In this document: positions 10,564-22,642 of the stretch, one piece after another | Position numbering within the stretch: the first letter of the stretch is position 1 | Layout: each line of letters begins with the position of its first letter | NCBI GenBank assembly: GCA_950097015.1 | Contig: CATNEN010000038.1 | Coordinates: forward strand, 28,396,001-28,460,000 | Length of the DNA stretch: 64,000 nt | Reading direction: 5' to 3' | Source: Macrostomum hystrix | Lineage: Eukaryota; Animalia; Platyhelminthes | Position numbers and translations under genes: made by a program | Notes under the pieces: model-generated | Told to the model about the DNA's origin: nothing | The model's database searches: none | Seen by the model: the letters and a program-made list of their open reading frames with translations, nothing else

Positions 10564-12675
10564 CACAGATACTATAATAACTAGATAGGTCACTCAACAC
10601 ATACTTGCAAGCTACTTTCAATTCAGTAGAAATATAGACATTTTTTGTATTTTTTGGTTTTATTTATAAAAGCAGAGGGTTGCTAATCGCTGTGGCTCGG
10701 GGTCATCAGCAAGTTTTTCATGCAACAGCTTGATCGTCTTTTGGCAGACACCTGCAGGGGATGAAAAGAACTGCCGAGTTCGTCTCTTCAGTGATGACTC
10801 GGATGGAAGTGGAAACTTCCACTTGTTGCGCAGCATTCGGTACGCAGTACGCTGGGCTCTTGTGGTGCAGCTGAATTGATTCAGAAATATACTTTTTTGC
10901 GATTGAATTCGTCCAAACTGCAAAACCCTTCGTCCACTAACGCTTTCTTAATGGGAGCTAAATTTAGATCATACCATAGACAACCGTGTTCACGCAAAAC
11001 GGTTCATCCAGTTTGTAAAACATTTCGTCTAAACCCTTCGTCCAAACAGCTAACAGTTAAACGGAGCGACTTTATTTGATATCACGAGATATTGAACAAA
11101 GCAAAAACAGTGTCTCTTGTTAGAATGTTAGTTCAAAATGTCTTCGTAGTCCAAACAGCGGCCGTAGTAACCCACAGTGTGATTGGTCCATTGCTGGCAC
11201 TTCTCCTGTGTAATCACGTGCAGTGCAGCTTCGACCTCTCTCTTCAAAATGTGCATCCGCCAGGCATGCAGAGTCAGGTTCGCAGCAGCAGCAGCTTGCC
11301 GATTAGAGAGCTCGTGCTGAATAGCGGGAACTGACATTGCCCTCTTCACTGATGCCTTCAGGGAAGACCCTGCGCGCTCAGTTGGGTTGAGATACGGAGA
11401 GTACGGTGGCAATTGATAGGTGCTGTGTTGCGGTGAAAGTCCAGGGACTTGAAGGTGAGCGCGGGCCCCATCAAAGATCGCCACCCACTCAGCCTCCACC
11501 AGGATATCCAGCTCTACTAAGAAGTCTGCAAATTTTGAGCTTGAAAATCTCCTTCCACCAGCGCATAGTGAACAAGTCCCCATTGCGGAGATATGGCCAA
11601 GCAGAGAGTCAGGTTTTGTCCGCGCTGGCCACATACCGTTCTCACCGCAGGCTGGCCTCGATATGCCCATCCTTGAGTTCTCGCCGTCCACAGGTTCAGC
11701 CCGAACTCATCGAGAAAAATCTGGTTCCTGTCGTGTCCTTCGTTCATCATCCACTGTGCGTACTCACATCTCGCCGTCTTCACAACTGGGTCGTTCCAAT
11801 CAAACGTAATCTGCCTAGCCAGCTTCAAAGTCACCAGCTGTTTGTCAAGTGCTCGACTTATGGTTGAGACATGAGGAAGTTGGCCTTCATTGCCAAGTTG
11901 CATCAGATGGTTCCGCATCATTTGTAATGTCGCGGACGGGTTTGCCTCGAGGAACTCGATGATTGACTCAATCTGCTGCTCTTGAAGTTGCTTCGGACGG
12001 CCACCTGCTGATGGAAGCTTCTCAATGCGCCCGGCTTGAACGTAGTTGTCGACAATCGTTTTGGCTGTCTTTCTCTTGATCCCAAGGATATCGGCCAGTT
12101 GTTTCCAATCGCGGCCTTCTTCAACAGCCAAGGGCCAAGGCTAATCGCCTGTGGTCTTCGTTTGACACTGGATCGTAGGGGCCTTGGTTCATCTTCGACT
12201 GTTTTGCCGGGTTCAGAATGGAAGATATGCGTTGCTGTAGCTGTAGTGGTAGCAAAAGCGAACTGTCAATTGGGTGTTAACTATGGATGGTAGGAACAGT
12301 ACACTCGGTCTCTAGTCTAGGGGACGAAATGTTTTACAAACTGGATGAACCGTTTTGCGTGAACACAGTTGTCTATGGTATGATCTAAATTTAGCTCCCA
12401 TTAAGAAAGCATTTGTGGATGAAAGGTTTTGCAGTTTGGACGAATTAAATCGCAAAAAGGTATATTTTCCTATTCAGAAATACCGGTAGGCGCAGTAGGC
12501 CTAGCTTCTGGCCATAGATACTATAATAGCCACACAAACCACACAAGCCAACCCACTGCCTTTCTTTCGTATAATATAGCTTCTGGATTCTTTACTTGCT
12601 ACTGAACTGAAAGTAGAAAAACGAAAAAGCAAGGACATTTGCGAAAGTGACCTATCTAGTTATTATGTATCTGTG
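10564..12675 (-). mobile_element. P-element/THAP9-like DNA transposon (internally deleted), nested in the mariner
   Basis: About 31-bp TIRs CACAGATAC(T)ATAATAACTAGATAGGTCACT and an exact 8-bp TSD GGCACCAT (10556-10563 and 12676-12683). The minus-strand fragment AYRMLRNKWKFPLPSESSLKRR...RLATLCF resembles the P-transposase N-terminal region. Confidence 0.85.
10892..12460 (-). mobile_element. Tc1/IS630-like transposon with about 137-bp TIRs, frameshifted transposase (12192-11128)
   Basis: Long inverted repeats at 10892-11028 and 12324-12460 flanked by TA. HTH region (LADILGIKRKT), FLDE, IFDGARAH and LPPYSPYLNPTE catalytic motifs. Two frameshifts. Confidence 0.9.
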
Positions 12676-13814
12676 GGCACCATCGATCTTATTGTCTATG
12701 GAAAATCTTCCCTCTGGCTTTTAAGACAAGGCAGAAATCGAGTGGGATTCAAACCACCCTTTTATCCAGTATGGAGAAAAGTGAAGCTGCCAAGCGCACT
12801 GTCATTTGGTCTTTGTGGAAGAAGCAGAAGAAGCAGGCTGATATTTACCGTGAGCTGCTGCAAATCTTTAGCGAGGATGCACCTTCGAAACAAACTGTGT
12901 CAAAGTGGATGCAGCGCTTTGAGGACGGCTGGGAAACAGTTGATGATGCTCCCCGCCCAGGTGCACCGCGGTCATCCACTTCCAGTGACAACATCCAGCG
13001 TGTGCAGCATGCCCTGGACGATGTTCGTGGAGCAACCCATAGGCAGTTAGAGGACTTGTTGTAGATACCAATGAAGAGCATTCATTGCATCATCTCCGAC
13101 CATCTGCATATGACACGAGTTGTTGCACGATGGGTCCCTAAACTGCTGACTCCTGTCCAACCGCAAGAGAGGGTCCAGATGTGCCGCCACCTACTCAACG
13201 CCTATCAAAACGAGCCCGACTTTCGTGGCCGCCTGGTGACTGGTGATGAAACGTGGTTTCACTTCTACAAACCAGAAACGAAACGGCAGAGCAGCGTCTG
13301 GAAGGCTACTCACGAACCCCCTCCGGTCAAGGCCAAGGCGGTGCAGTCAGCAGGTAAGCGCATGGCCAACTTGTGCTGCAGCAGGACAACGCCAGGCCGC
13401 ATACCTGCAATGCAACTATGGATGTCATCAGGAGACTAGGCTTCGAGTTGCTACCTCACCCTGCTTATTCTCCTGACCTGGCCCCCAGTGACTACTGGTT
13501 GTTCCCTAAAATGAAAGAGCCTCTTCGTGGCCATCGCTATGGAAGCCTTTCTGCACTCAGCACGGCCAGAGGAACGATTTATTTATAAAAATGTGAAGAA
13601 GGCAGTAACGCTATCCACGTCAGCTAATCACTTTTGCCGTTCTCACTCCATTGTGATCACGTCAGTGTAGTCATTTCTAGAAACTTCAATTCCAGAAACT
13701 CGGCAACTTTCGCTTGAAACTCAGGACAGTTCCATTTCGATTAGACCCATAGACTACCGAGCAACTTCTTCTTTCCGCAAGACCGGGATAAGCTTACTCA
13801 TCTGTGGTTGTCAG

Positions 13815-14253
13815 TGTTATGGCGATCGTGCAATTATTCCGGAAGTTTTCTAGAAACTTCCCTCGTTTGCTATAATGCGTGAGTTCATTTGTTTATTCCA
13901 GAATCTTCTCGACCCTTCTCTCGCATGCGCGCGAGCCATGTATGGTATCCTTCTGGAAAGTCCCCCACTCGCGCTCCCGCCTATCAATAGAAACTCCACG
14001 CGCAGTCATAACCAAATACTCCTTTGGGGTCCTCCCGCTACTATTGTTAGCCACGACCACTACAAATAAATAAACGCTTCAAACAAATCAGCTGCCGAGT
14101 GCTTTGCTATAGACGTGCATCCGTTTCAACTATAACTCTGCTACACGGAGCCTCTGCTGTGTTCGTTATTTGCAAGGATACTATACAGTCAGAACGACTG
14201 AGAACTCGTTTCTCGGCCAGAGCGCAGCCGTCCCGAGGCCATAGTCAACGACA
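13815..14253 (+). mobile_element. Solo LTR (Gypsy-type)
   Basis: TG...CA ends (TGTT...GACA), 4-bp TSD TCAG on both sides and an internal AATAAA near 14065. Confidence 0.6.
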
Positions 14254-15275
14254 TCAGGGGGTATTATGCATAAAATAACTGCAGTCTATTCATTTATCTA
14301 TGGCCAAAACCAGTTTCCAGTCGTTCTGGCAGCCACAGATAAAAATTATCCTTTAACCATAGATAATTATAATCTGGAAAAATGTCTGAACATATAATCT
14401 TTGCAATAAACAAAGTGTAATATTTGATTTTCAAATCCATTTTTATTAAAAATTAAGCACAATCGAAATGTTAGAGCTTCGAGCTCTGGGAAGACAAAGG
14501 AGACAAAGACAACAACTGGCGCAGCAACGACCACCTACTATTATAAGAAGAAAGATCGATTTTCTAAGCTCACAAATGAAGTTAAAAAATGGTGCGAATC
14601 GATGAAGTCTAGAACGCTACACGCTGGGCACTAATATCGGTTTGTGCGAAATGCGCAAATGGTAACTAACCCCGTGCGTATTACAGTATTATGCAACTAT
14701 GGGTTCATAGCCAGCCAATTTCCAGCACGTTCTCGGTGCGACAGTGTGACTTAAAATGGCGCGTTGCTAAGCCACTTCGTCCGTGTCGGGACACAACAGA
14801 TCTAAGACCAAATAACTCATATGTGACGCCTACACAATTTTCACCCTCATCAAATTCGTCAACAGGAAGTTAAAAACGAATTATCTTCAGGCGCAGCTAT
14901 GCAATGGCGTTGGGAATACTTATTATGCCTATTATCAGTATAACAATACTGGCACATTTAAGAACGACCTCCTAGCTATCTATAAATTTATGTCTTTATT
15001 TTTACTTTTTCATCTAAGCCGTCAACAGGAAGTTCGCAGTTCAATACTAGGTAGAAATGCCATGAGCTAATGTCCTTCATTGCAAGTCGCGTCAGCGGGA
15101 AAGCCTCGCTTAAAATAATGTCCATAAACGGCCGGGACCGCCACAGACGATGCTTCCGGTCTCTGCAGCATTTAAACAGTCCGGTCGATGGTCACCGAAA
15201 AGCCATTGACACTCCTGCGACTGCTGCGACTCTGCGAATCTTGAATAACCCGAGCGATCCGAGACAGCCAAAGCC

Positions 15276-15464
15276 ATGCTGAGAATTCTAGCCATCGCCG
15301 TCCTGCTGATCTGCCTCACTCAGCTGGCCGATGCCTTCGGCTGCTACTGCGACGGAAAAGATAAATGCGTTGGCAAACTGCCCAAACAGTTTCAGCATCA
15401 GTGCGAATTCTATTCTGGCTCTTGCCTTGGTCAGGCCGAGTACACCCTCTGTTCGAATTCGTAA
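15276..15464 (+). CDS. Small secreted cysteine-rich peptide copy B (62 aa; 20-aa signal plus 6-Cys mature peptide)
   Basis: Signal MLRILAIAVLLICLTQLADA, mature pattern C-x-C-x5-C-x11-C-x6-C-x8-C, Kozak-like GCCATG, AATAAA at about 15521, paralogues nearby. Confidence 0.85.
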   Translation: MLRILAIAVLLICLTQLADAFGCYCDGKDKCVGKLPKQFQHQCEFYSGSCLGQAEYTLCSNS

Positions 15465-15814
15465 GATTGTATTGGCGAAGTTGCAGATTCGTACAAGTGT
15501 ACGCATGCAGTTATGCGTGAAATAAATGACAAGCTGTGTGACCATCTTTAGTTACTGCGTTATTCACATCCCATAAAAATTAGCTTGAAACCATTGCTCT
15601 TACAGGGTAAGTTTAAAGCAAGTTATACTCGCGAGAGTGACAGAACTGATGGTCATAATTATATTTATGATAAGGGCTTCTGTATAACCTCCGGTTTTTT
15701 CAAATTCGTGATTTACATTGCAGATCCTAGCTTTACAAAATGATTCCTCCTCCTGTTTCGCTAGTTAAAAAAACATTTTTTTTATTTGAAATACTTTCAC
15801 GAAGTATTCGAGGC

Positions 15815-16075
15815 AGCACATTGAATTTGGGGCGCAGCCGCGGCGAGAAGGCTTGGGGGCTTGTCGTGCAATTTACGCCCTTGAGGGCCAACCTCCAAGG
15901 CACAGTGAGATTGTACACTGCCTGGCAATGAGAAAGTCAGGGCAGATGTACACGCCTGTGTGAGCGTGTGCCTGCGTACGGTATCTGTTTGTGTGTGCCC
16001 AGGAGTCAGCGTAATGGTCAGTATTGCCTCCTCGCTGGCTGCAGGTCTATAGTGTCACCAAATGATGTGCCAATG
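15815..16075 (+). mobile_element. SINE family 1 copy (body and 3' part)
   Basis: Closely matches the copy at 35120-35465. Confidence 0.8.
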
Positions 16076-16480
16076 CCCGGAGAACAGAACCTTCCTTTAT
16101 CAGTATAAGATTTATCAGTAAGCCAGAAACCCATGGACTGTATTACGTCGCACTCAAAGAATAATAATCTTTCAATAAAATCCCAAAACTTTTGTCGCGT
16201 CTTAGAGGCGAAATCAAAATGATAAGCGAGTGAGTACAGACGAAAGGGCTCTAAATACTTGCTTATTCGGTCTATAATGTCTTCATCCTTGAGCAACTGG
16301 TTCTAAGTTAGGAAAAATCTGTCAGTCCAGTGTAAGAAACTGTACATTAAGGCTTGTTTGAAAGTTAGAAGCGCAGTTTCAGTTGGTCGATAAGTGCGTT
16401 TATATTTAAATATGCGAGCATCTGCAGACAGGTAATCGAGATAGACGCTACTCGCCTGGGTTACTCAAATCGCCGGCCAT

Positions 16481-16669
16481 TTAGGGAGAATTGCAAGGAG
16501 AATATAGCGGCTGGGAATCGCACGAACTGGAATAGAAGTTGCACTGATTCAAAAAATAGCTCGGCAGTTTGCCGATGCATTTGCCGTTGCCGTCGCAGTA
16601 GCAGCCGAAGGCATCGGCCAGCTGCGTGAGGCAGATCAGCAGGACGGCGATGGCTAGAATTCTCAGCAT
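16481..16669 (-). CDS. Small secreted cysteine-rich peptide copy C (62 aa)
   Basis: Signal peptide identical to copy B. Mature FGCYCDGNGKCIGKLPSYFLNQCNFYSSSCDSQPLYSPCNSP has the same Cys spacing. Confidence 0.85.
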   Translation of the reverse strand: MLRILAIAVLLICLTQLADAFGCYCDGNGKCIGKLPSYFLNQCNFYSSSCDSQPLYSPCNSP

Positions 16670-17299
16670 GGCTTTGGCTGTCTCGGATCGCTCGGGTTAT
16701 TCAAGATTCGCAGAGTCGCAGCAGTCGCAGGAGTGTCAATGGCTTTTCGGTGACCATCGACCGGACTGTTTAAATGCTGCAGAGTCCGGAAGCATCGTCT
16801 ATGGCGGCGCCGTCTGTTTATGACTCTTTTTATGGCATCAAGCCCGGAGAAAATGAGAGCTTTAGCGGCACCGAAACGGCTGGCCGATAGCGGCGGTTTC
16901 TGAGAGATTTTATTAATATCCGAAGGCCTGAGCTCAAATGAGTAAGACTCCTCCTACGCCTCCATTATTCTAGATTTCCTGTTGACAAATTCATCGAAAC
17001 TTTTGATGTTTGAAAATCAACGGAGCCGAGATTAATTCCTGCTTTTGTTTCGCTTTTTCTTTGCAACCTTAAGTATTCACTTCAATCCGGACAATCGACC
17101 TCAGAAATCGCACTTGGCTGTGAAAGGCTGCAGATTAGCGGGCCAGATAATGGTGATAAAAGTTAATTAAACACATTGAAACTGGGCTCTGTTTTCCACG
17201 GTCAGAGCTACTGTAAAGTAGGAAATGCTTATTAGGCGTTTATAAGAATTGATTATCTTAGCAAAAGAGTCAAAAGAAATTAGTCTGGTCCGCGCGTTA

Positions 17300-18730
17300 G
17301 GGGTGTGATCAGTGCATTGGTGATGTAATCAGTGTGTGTCAGTGATGTAATCAGTGTTTGTCAGTGATGTGATCAGTGTGTTAGTGGTGTGATCAGTGTG
17401 TGTCGGCGATGTGATCAGTGTGTTAGTGGTGTGATCAGTGTGTGTCGGCGATGTGATCAGTGTGTTGGTTTTGTGATCAGTGTGTGCTGGTGATGTGATC
17501 AGTGTGTTAGTGGTGTGATCAGTGTGTGTCGGCGATGTGATCAGTGTGTTAGTGGTGTGATCAGTGTGTTAGTGGTGTGATCAGTGTGTGCTGGTGATGT
17601 GATCAGTGTGTTGGTTGTGTGATCAGTGTGTTTCGGCGATGTGATCAGTGTGTTAGTGGTGTGATCAGTGTGTGCTGGTGATGTGATCAGTGTGTTGGTT
17701 GTGTGATCAGTGTGTGCTGGTGATGTGATTAGTGTGTTGGTTGTGTGATCAGTGTGTTGGTTTTGTGATCAGTGCGTTTGTGATGTGATCAGTGCGTTTG
17801 TGATGTTATCAGTGTGTTGGTGTTGTGATCAGTGTGTTGGTGTTGTGATCAGTGTGTTGGTGTTGTGATCAGTGCGTTTGTGATGTGATCAGTGCGTTTG
17901 TGATGTTATCAGTGCGTTTGTGATGTGATCAGTGTGTTGGTGTTGTGATCAGTGTGTTGGTGTTGTGATCAGTGTGTTGGTGTTGTGATCAGTGCGTTTG
18001 TGATGTGATCAGTGCGTTTGTGATGTGATCAGTGTGTTGGTGTTGTGATCAGTGTGTTGGTGTTGTGATCAGTGTGTTGGTGTTGTGATCAGTGCGTTTG
18101 TGATGTGATCAGTGCGTTTGTGATGTTATCAGTGCGTTTGTGATGTGATCAGTGCGTTTGTGATGTGATCAGTGCGTTTGTGATGTTATCAGTGCGTTTG
18201 TGATGTGATCAGTGCGTTTGTGATGTTATCAGTGCGTTTGTGATGTGATCAGTGCGTTTGTGATGTTATCAGTGCGTTTGTGATGTGATCAGTGCGTTTG
18301 TGATGTTATCAGTGTGTTGGTGTTGTGATCAGTGCATTGGTTTTGTGATCAGTGTGTGCTGGTGATGTGATCAGTGTGTTGGTTGTGTGATTAGTGTATA
18401 CTGGTGATGTGATCAGTGTGTTGGTGTTGTGATCAGTGCGTTTGTGATGTGATCAGTGCGTTTGTGATGTTATCAGTGCGTTTGTGATGTGATCAGTGCG
18501 TTTGTGATTTGATCAGTGCGTTTGTGATGTTATCAGTGCGTTTGTGATGTGATCAGTGCGTTTGTGATGTTATCAGTGTGTTTGTGTTGTGATCAGTGTG
18601 TTGGTGTTGTGATCAGTGTGTTGGTGTTGTGATCAGTGTGTTGGTGTTGTGATCAGTGTGTTGGTGTTGTGATCAGTGTGTTGGTGTTGTGATCAGTGTG
18701 TTGGTGTTGTGATCAGTGCGTTGGCAGTGT
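17300..18730. repeat. 20-22-bp minisatellite (GTGATCAGTGTGTTGGTGTT / GTGATCAGTGCGTTTGTGAT)
   Basis: Tandem array visible directly. Confidence 0.95.
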
Positions 18731-19169
18731 GTTTGACGTGTTTTTCAGTAAATTTACACCGTTAATTGCTGAATTGAGCATACGTTATTTTCTATATTTT
18801 GTCACGACTAAGTGATGCGATTAAGCCAAGCACTGATCCATCATGGCATCCGCTAATTCATGTTAGAATTCTTATTAAAAATAAATAAAGAAATGTAATC
18901 AAAACAGACTGTTGATAGTAGCTCGAATCGCATTTTGCTGCATTTATACCAATACTCTTAGAAACGGTGGCTTCAGAAGTCGCCATCGCTCATATTTCCG
19001 CAAGAAACTCTGATTTTGATCGCTAAGAATCTAATGCGACTGACGAGTCCTTGACCTCCGAAGGTCGAGACGAGACCAATCAGGACACAATTTTCGTGTT
19101 GTCGACGCTGATACCCATGGCGGCATGGGCTTAAATGCGCTTTAGCTGGCAGAGAAACTTGCAGCTCGC

Positions 19170-19375
19170 ACTGGGGCGGTGCTCGGGGTGGTGTCCAGGG
19201 CGGTGCTCGGGGCGGTGTCCAGGGCGGTGCTCGGGGCGGTGTCCAGGGCGGTGCTCGGGGCGGTGTCCAGGGCGGTGCTCGGGGCGGTGTCCAGGGCGGT
19301 GCTCGGGGCGGTGTCCAGGGCGGTGCTCGGGGCGGTGTCCAGGGCGGTGCTCGGGGCGGTGTCCAGGGCGGTGCT
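19170..19375. repeat. 24-bp GC-rich minisatellite (GGGCGGTGCTCGGGGCGGTGTCCA)
   Basis: About 8 near-perfect copies. Confidence 0.95.
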
Positions 19376-19399
19376 ATTAATTACAGCTAGAACCCTGAT

Positions 19400-20075
19400 T
19401 CTCTTTACTGCTACACTGATGGCTCGAAGCATTCAGGGAACACCAGTTTCAGTGTCTGTATCTAGCACAATGGGCAGCTGATTGCGACGCATACCCAGTA
19501 CATTGGAGTCAACTTTAGTGTTTTCCAAAATGAGGTCCTGGCTATCAGCTCCTGCTCTGCAGAGTTACTCGCTACTGGCGTGTCCGGCAGGGATAATTAT
19601 CTTTCATCCTGACAGTCAGGCCACGCTGTATACCTTCAGAAGCCGTTGTATTCGTTCGGCTACAGTCCTAGAGTGTGTTTAGCACCTCAATATGGTGTCC
19701 TCGACGAACAAAGTCACCCTGAATTAAGTGCCTGGGCATGAGGGAATTCAGGGCAACGAACTGGCTGACGTCTTAGCGAAAGCCGGGGCCTCTGGATGCT
19801 TCAGGGGACCCGGGCCCCTGATTTCCGGGCCTAACTGCGTCCCTAACTCGCGCATTAAAACTTAGATTAAAACTTAGCATCACTGTAGCTCTTGGCGAAC
19901 TGCGATAACTGCACGCAATCTAGGATCGCTATTCCGCAGCCCTCTCGCCAACTCCGTAACCTCCTACTGCGGCACTCGCAAATGGACATCCCAGTGACTA
20001 CTCTGATCCTGTCAGGACACGGGTGCCTCACCAGGTACCGATTTCTGTAGGGAAATGCCACCAACGCCAGAATCT
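19400..20075 (+). mobile_element. Decayed non-LTR retrotransposon RNase H region (I/R1/Tad1-like group)
   Basis: CYTDGSK (about 19410), SVFQNEVLAI, DSQA, VPGHEGIQGNELADVLAK (about 19728-19785) and ILSGHG (about 20010), broken by stops and frameshifts. Confidence 0.8.
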
Positions 20076-21045
20076 TGGGTGGTGTTCGGAGCAGTATCTT
20101 GGGTGGTGTTCGGAGCAATATCTTTGGTGGTGTTCGGAGCAATATCTTTGGTGGTGTTCGGAGCAATATCTTTGGTGGTGTTCGGAGTAGTATTTTGGTG
20201 GGTGTTCGGAGCAGTATCTTTGGTGGTGTTCGGAGCAGTATCTTGGGTGGTGTTCCGAGCAGTATCTTTGGTGATGTTCGGAGCAATATCTTTGGTGGTG
20301 TTCGGAGCAGTATCTTTGGTGGTGTTCGGAGCAATATCTTTGGTGATGTTCGGAGCAATATCTTTGGTGGTGTTCGGAGCAGTATCTTTGGTGGTGTTCG
20401 GAGTAGTATTTTGGTGGGTGTTCGGAGCAGTATCTTTGGTGGTGTTCGGAGCAGTATCTTTGGTGGTGTTCGGAGCAGTATCTTGGGTGGTGTTCGGAGC
20501 AATATCTTTGGTGGTGTTCGGAGCAGTATCTTTGGTGGTGTTCGGAGTAGTATTTTGGTGGGTGTTCGGAGCAGTATCTTTGGTGGTGTTCGGAGCAGTA
20601 TCTTTGGTGGTGTTCGGAGCAGTATCTTGGGTGGTGTTCGGAGCAGTATCTTTGTTGGTGTTCGGAGCAGTATCTTTGTTGGTGTTCGGAGCAGTATCTT
20701 GGGTTGTGTTCGGAGCAGTATCTTTGGTGGTGTTCGGAGCAGTATCTTGGGTGGTGTTCGGAGCAGTATCTTGGGTGGTGTTCGGAGCAGTATCTTGGGT
20801 GGTGTTCGGAGCAGTATCTTTGTTGGTGTTCGGAGCAGTATCTTTGTTGGTGTTCGGAGCAGTATCTTGGGTTGTGTTCGGAGCAGTATCTTTGGTGGTG
20901 TTCGGAGCAGTATCTTTGGTGATGTTCGGAGCAATATCTTTGGTGGGTGTTCGGAGCAGTATCTTGGGTGGTGTTCGGAGCTGTATCTTGGGTGGTGTTC
21001 GGAGCAGTATCTTTGGTGGTGTTCGGAGCTGTATCTTGGGTGGAC
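20075..21045. repeat. 24-bp minisatellite (GGTGGTGTTCGGAGCAGTATCTTT)
   Basis: Tandem array. It creates several long repeat-only ORFs in multiple frames. Confidence 0.95.
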
Positions 21046-21936
21046 ATGGACATGTCAGCTACAGAGAAGTTTAACCATATCGCAATTAAGATTCTCTTAT
21101 TTCCTGAAAAGCTGAAAAGTTTATTTGTGCGATCGTAGAGGGGTGTCTCGTTCTCAACGTGTTAACACAGATTAAATATTTGTTCAACACACTGTCGAGA
21201 CTGAATTAATAATTTTGCAACGCCACCCAAAGCATGAAATCGATGAAAACTAGCTCAGAACTCTCGAGAAACTGAAAAAATTTGGAATAGAAGCCAATGC
21301 ATCAAAGATATGACAAGTTGAAGAAGTTGTTTGCAACAAAATCTCTGAGCAATAGAACCAAGCTGCAGTCAGTGAAAAATTTCAAAGCACAACAACAGCC
21401 GAATCTCAAATCCACAAAGCCTTCCTGGGGCAACATGCTTCCGCATGACCTCCAGGAACATAAAGCTCTAGGTCATAAAGCCTGGAGTTTATGAGGGCTT
21501 GCATGATAATCAGCGAGCTAAATTGAAGCATTCTCCTAGAGACAAGGGAAACTGGAGTATTTGCAATGCCAAAATATCTGCGCGCCTTATCTACCGGATG
21601 TCATCAAAGAGCTTTAGGCAAGATCCTGCAAATCTTTGGCTTCTCCTGGTAGGAATCTTAAGAATCGGAGGGATTTTTCTGCTAATAGAGACTACAGACT
21701 TGCCTTAACATTTGGCATTGACGGTGAGATGCAACTTTCCTATAATGCTGACGTCAGCCCTTCAAATCCACGGTGACGCCACAGAATCTATAATATCAAA
21801 CCATGAAACAAAATATGTATTTCTTAAATGCAGCCATAAGATCAGAATTTATGTATGCTTTTTGTTGAAGCTTCATTAGGTAAAGAATTGGAGTAGTAAC
21901 GACAGACAAAGAATGACTATAAAAAATATAATTCCA

Positions 21937-22095
21937 GGCGTTGAGATGGCAGAGCGGTCTAACGTGTAAGTGTACTTTATTAGTCTGCGTGTATGCTCAA
22001 ATTCACGATATCAGTCATTTTCTGACAGCCGAATGATCAGAACTGCCTCCTCGCTGGCTGCGGGTCTATTGTCACTAAATGATGTACCATTGCCT
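21937..22095 (+). mobile_element. SINE family 1 fragment
   Basis: TGGCAGAGCGG A-box-like head and GCCTCCTCGCTGGCTGCGGGTCTA 3' block. Confidence 0.6.
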
Positions 22096-22465
22096 ACAGT
22101 CCTCCTGATAACACAACGTGGCAGCTTTTCAAGCTTAAGTACTAACCTCGTAAAACACAGAAAATTTTTTCATTTTTCCGCAGCCCATTCGTCCAACAGG
22201 AAGTTAAGAAGTTTCGATACTTTCGATACGTCTATTGGTTCAGCGCAAGCTCGTAAAAGCAGTTCAAGAATCTCGCGCTGCCAATAAAGGAGAGCATCGA
22301 TAAAAATGAAAATGAGCCATCAACAGCTGGCCCACCCCAGCAGTGGCTTCCGGACTCTGCAGCATTTAAACAGTCCAGTCGATGCACGGACATCGAAAAT
22401 TCAACGACACTCCTGCGACCACAACGACTGCGAATCTTGAATAACCCGAGCGATCCGAGACAGCC

Positions 22466-22642
22466 ATGCTGAGAATTCTAGCCATCGCCGTCCTGCTGAT
22501 CTGCCTCACGCAGCTGGCCGATGCCTTCGGCTGCTTCTGCAATGGAAGAGATGAATGCATCGGCTTTTTTCAGAGAGGCTGTAGTGAATCATCGAAATCA
22601 TGCGAATCGCAAAGTATATTCACACCCTGCACTTCTGGATAA
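22466..22642 (+). CDS. Small secreted cysteine-rich peptide copy D (58 aa; below the ORF-track cut-off)
   Basis: MLRILAIAVLLICLTQLADA-FGCFCNGRDECIGFFQRGCSESSKSCESQSIFTPCTSG*. Pattern C-x-C-x5-C-x7-C-x6-C-x8-C. AATAAA at about 22752. Confidence 0.85.
   Translation: MLRILAIAVLLICLTQLADAFGCFCNGRDECIGFFQRGCSESSKSCESQSIFTPCTSG

Larger units (their letters stand above)
10468..13566 (+). mobile_element. Mariner (DD34D) transposon, decayed and interrupted
   Basis: TA-CGAGGG terminus at 10466-10473. Transposase remnants at 12771-13566 carry WVPKLL, TGDETW, QDNARPH and HPAYSPDLAPSD with 34-residue D-D spacing, plus an internal stop, a deletion and a frameshift. The right TIR was not found. Confidence 0.85.

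Noticed and set aside
16018-16296. 92-aa minus-strand ORF between peptide copies B and C
   Set aside because: It has a non-ATG start, its end runs into a SINE, and no motif or splice partner was recognised.
19867-21138. Long ORFs of 340-355 aa in several frames (also those at 1064-1893, 39740-40456, 43698-44604, 45100-46576, 46965-48307 and 50530-51765)
   Set aside because: They are translations of minisatellites with unit lengths divisible by three, often open in multiple frames and on both strands, and mostly intronic.
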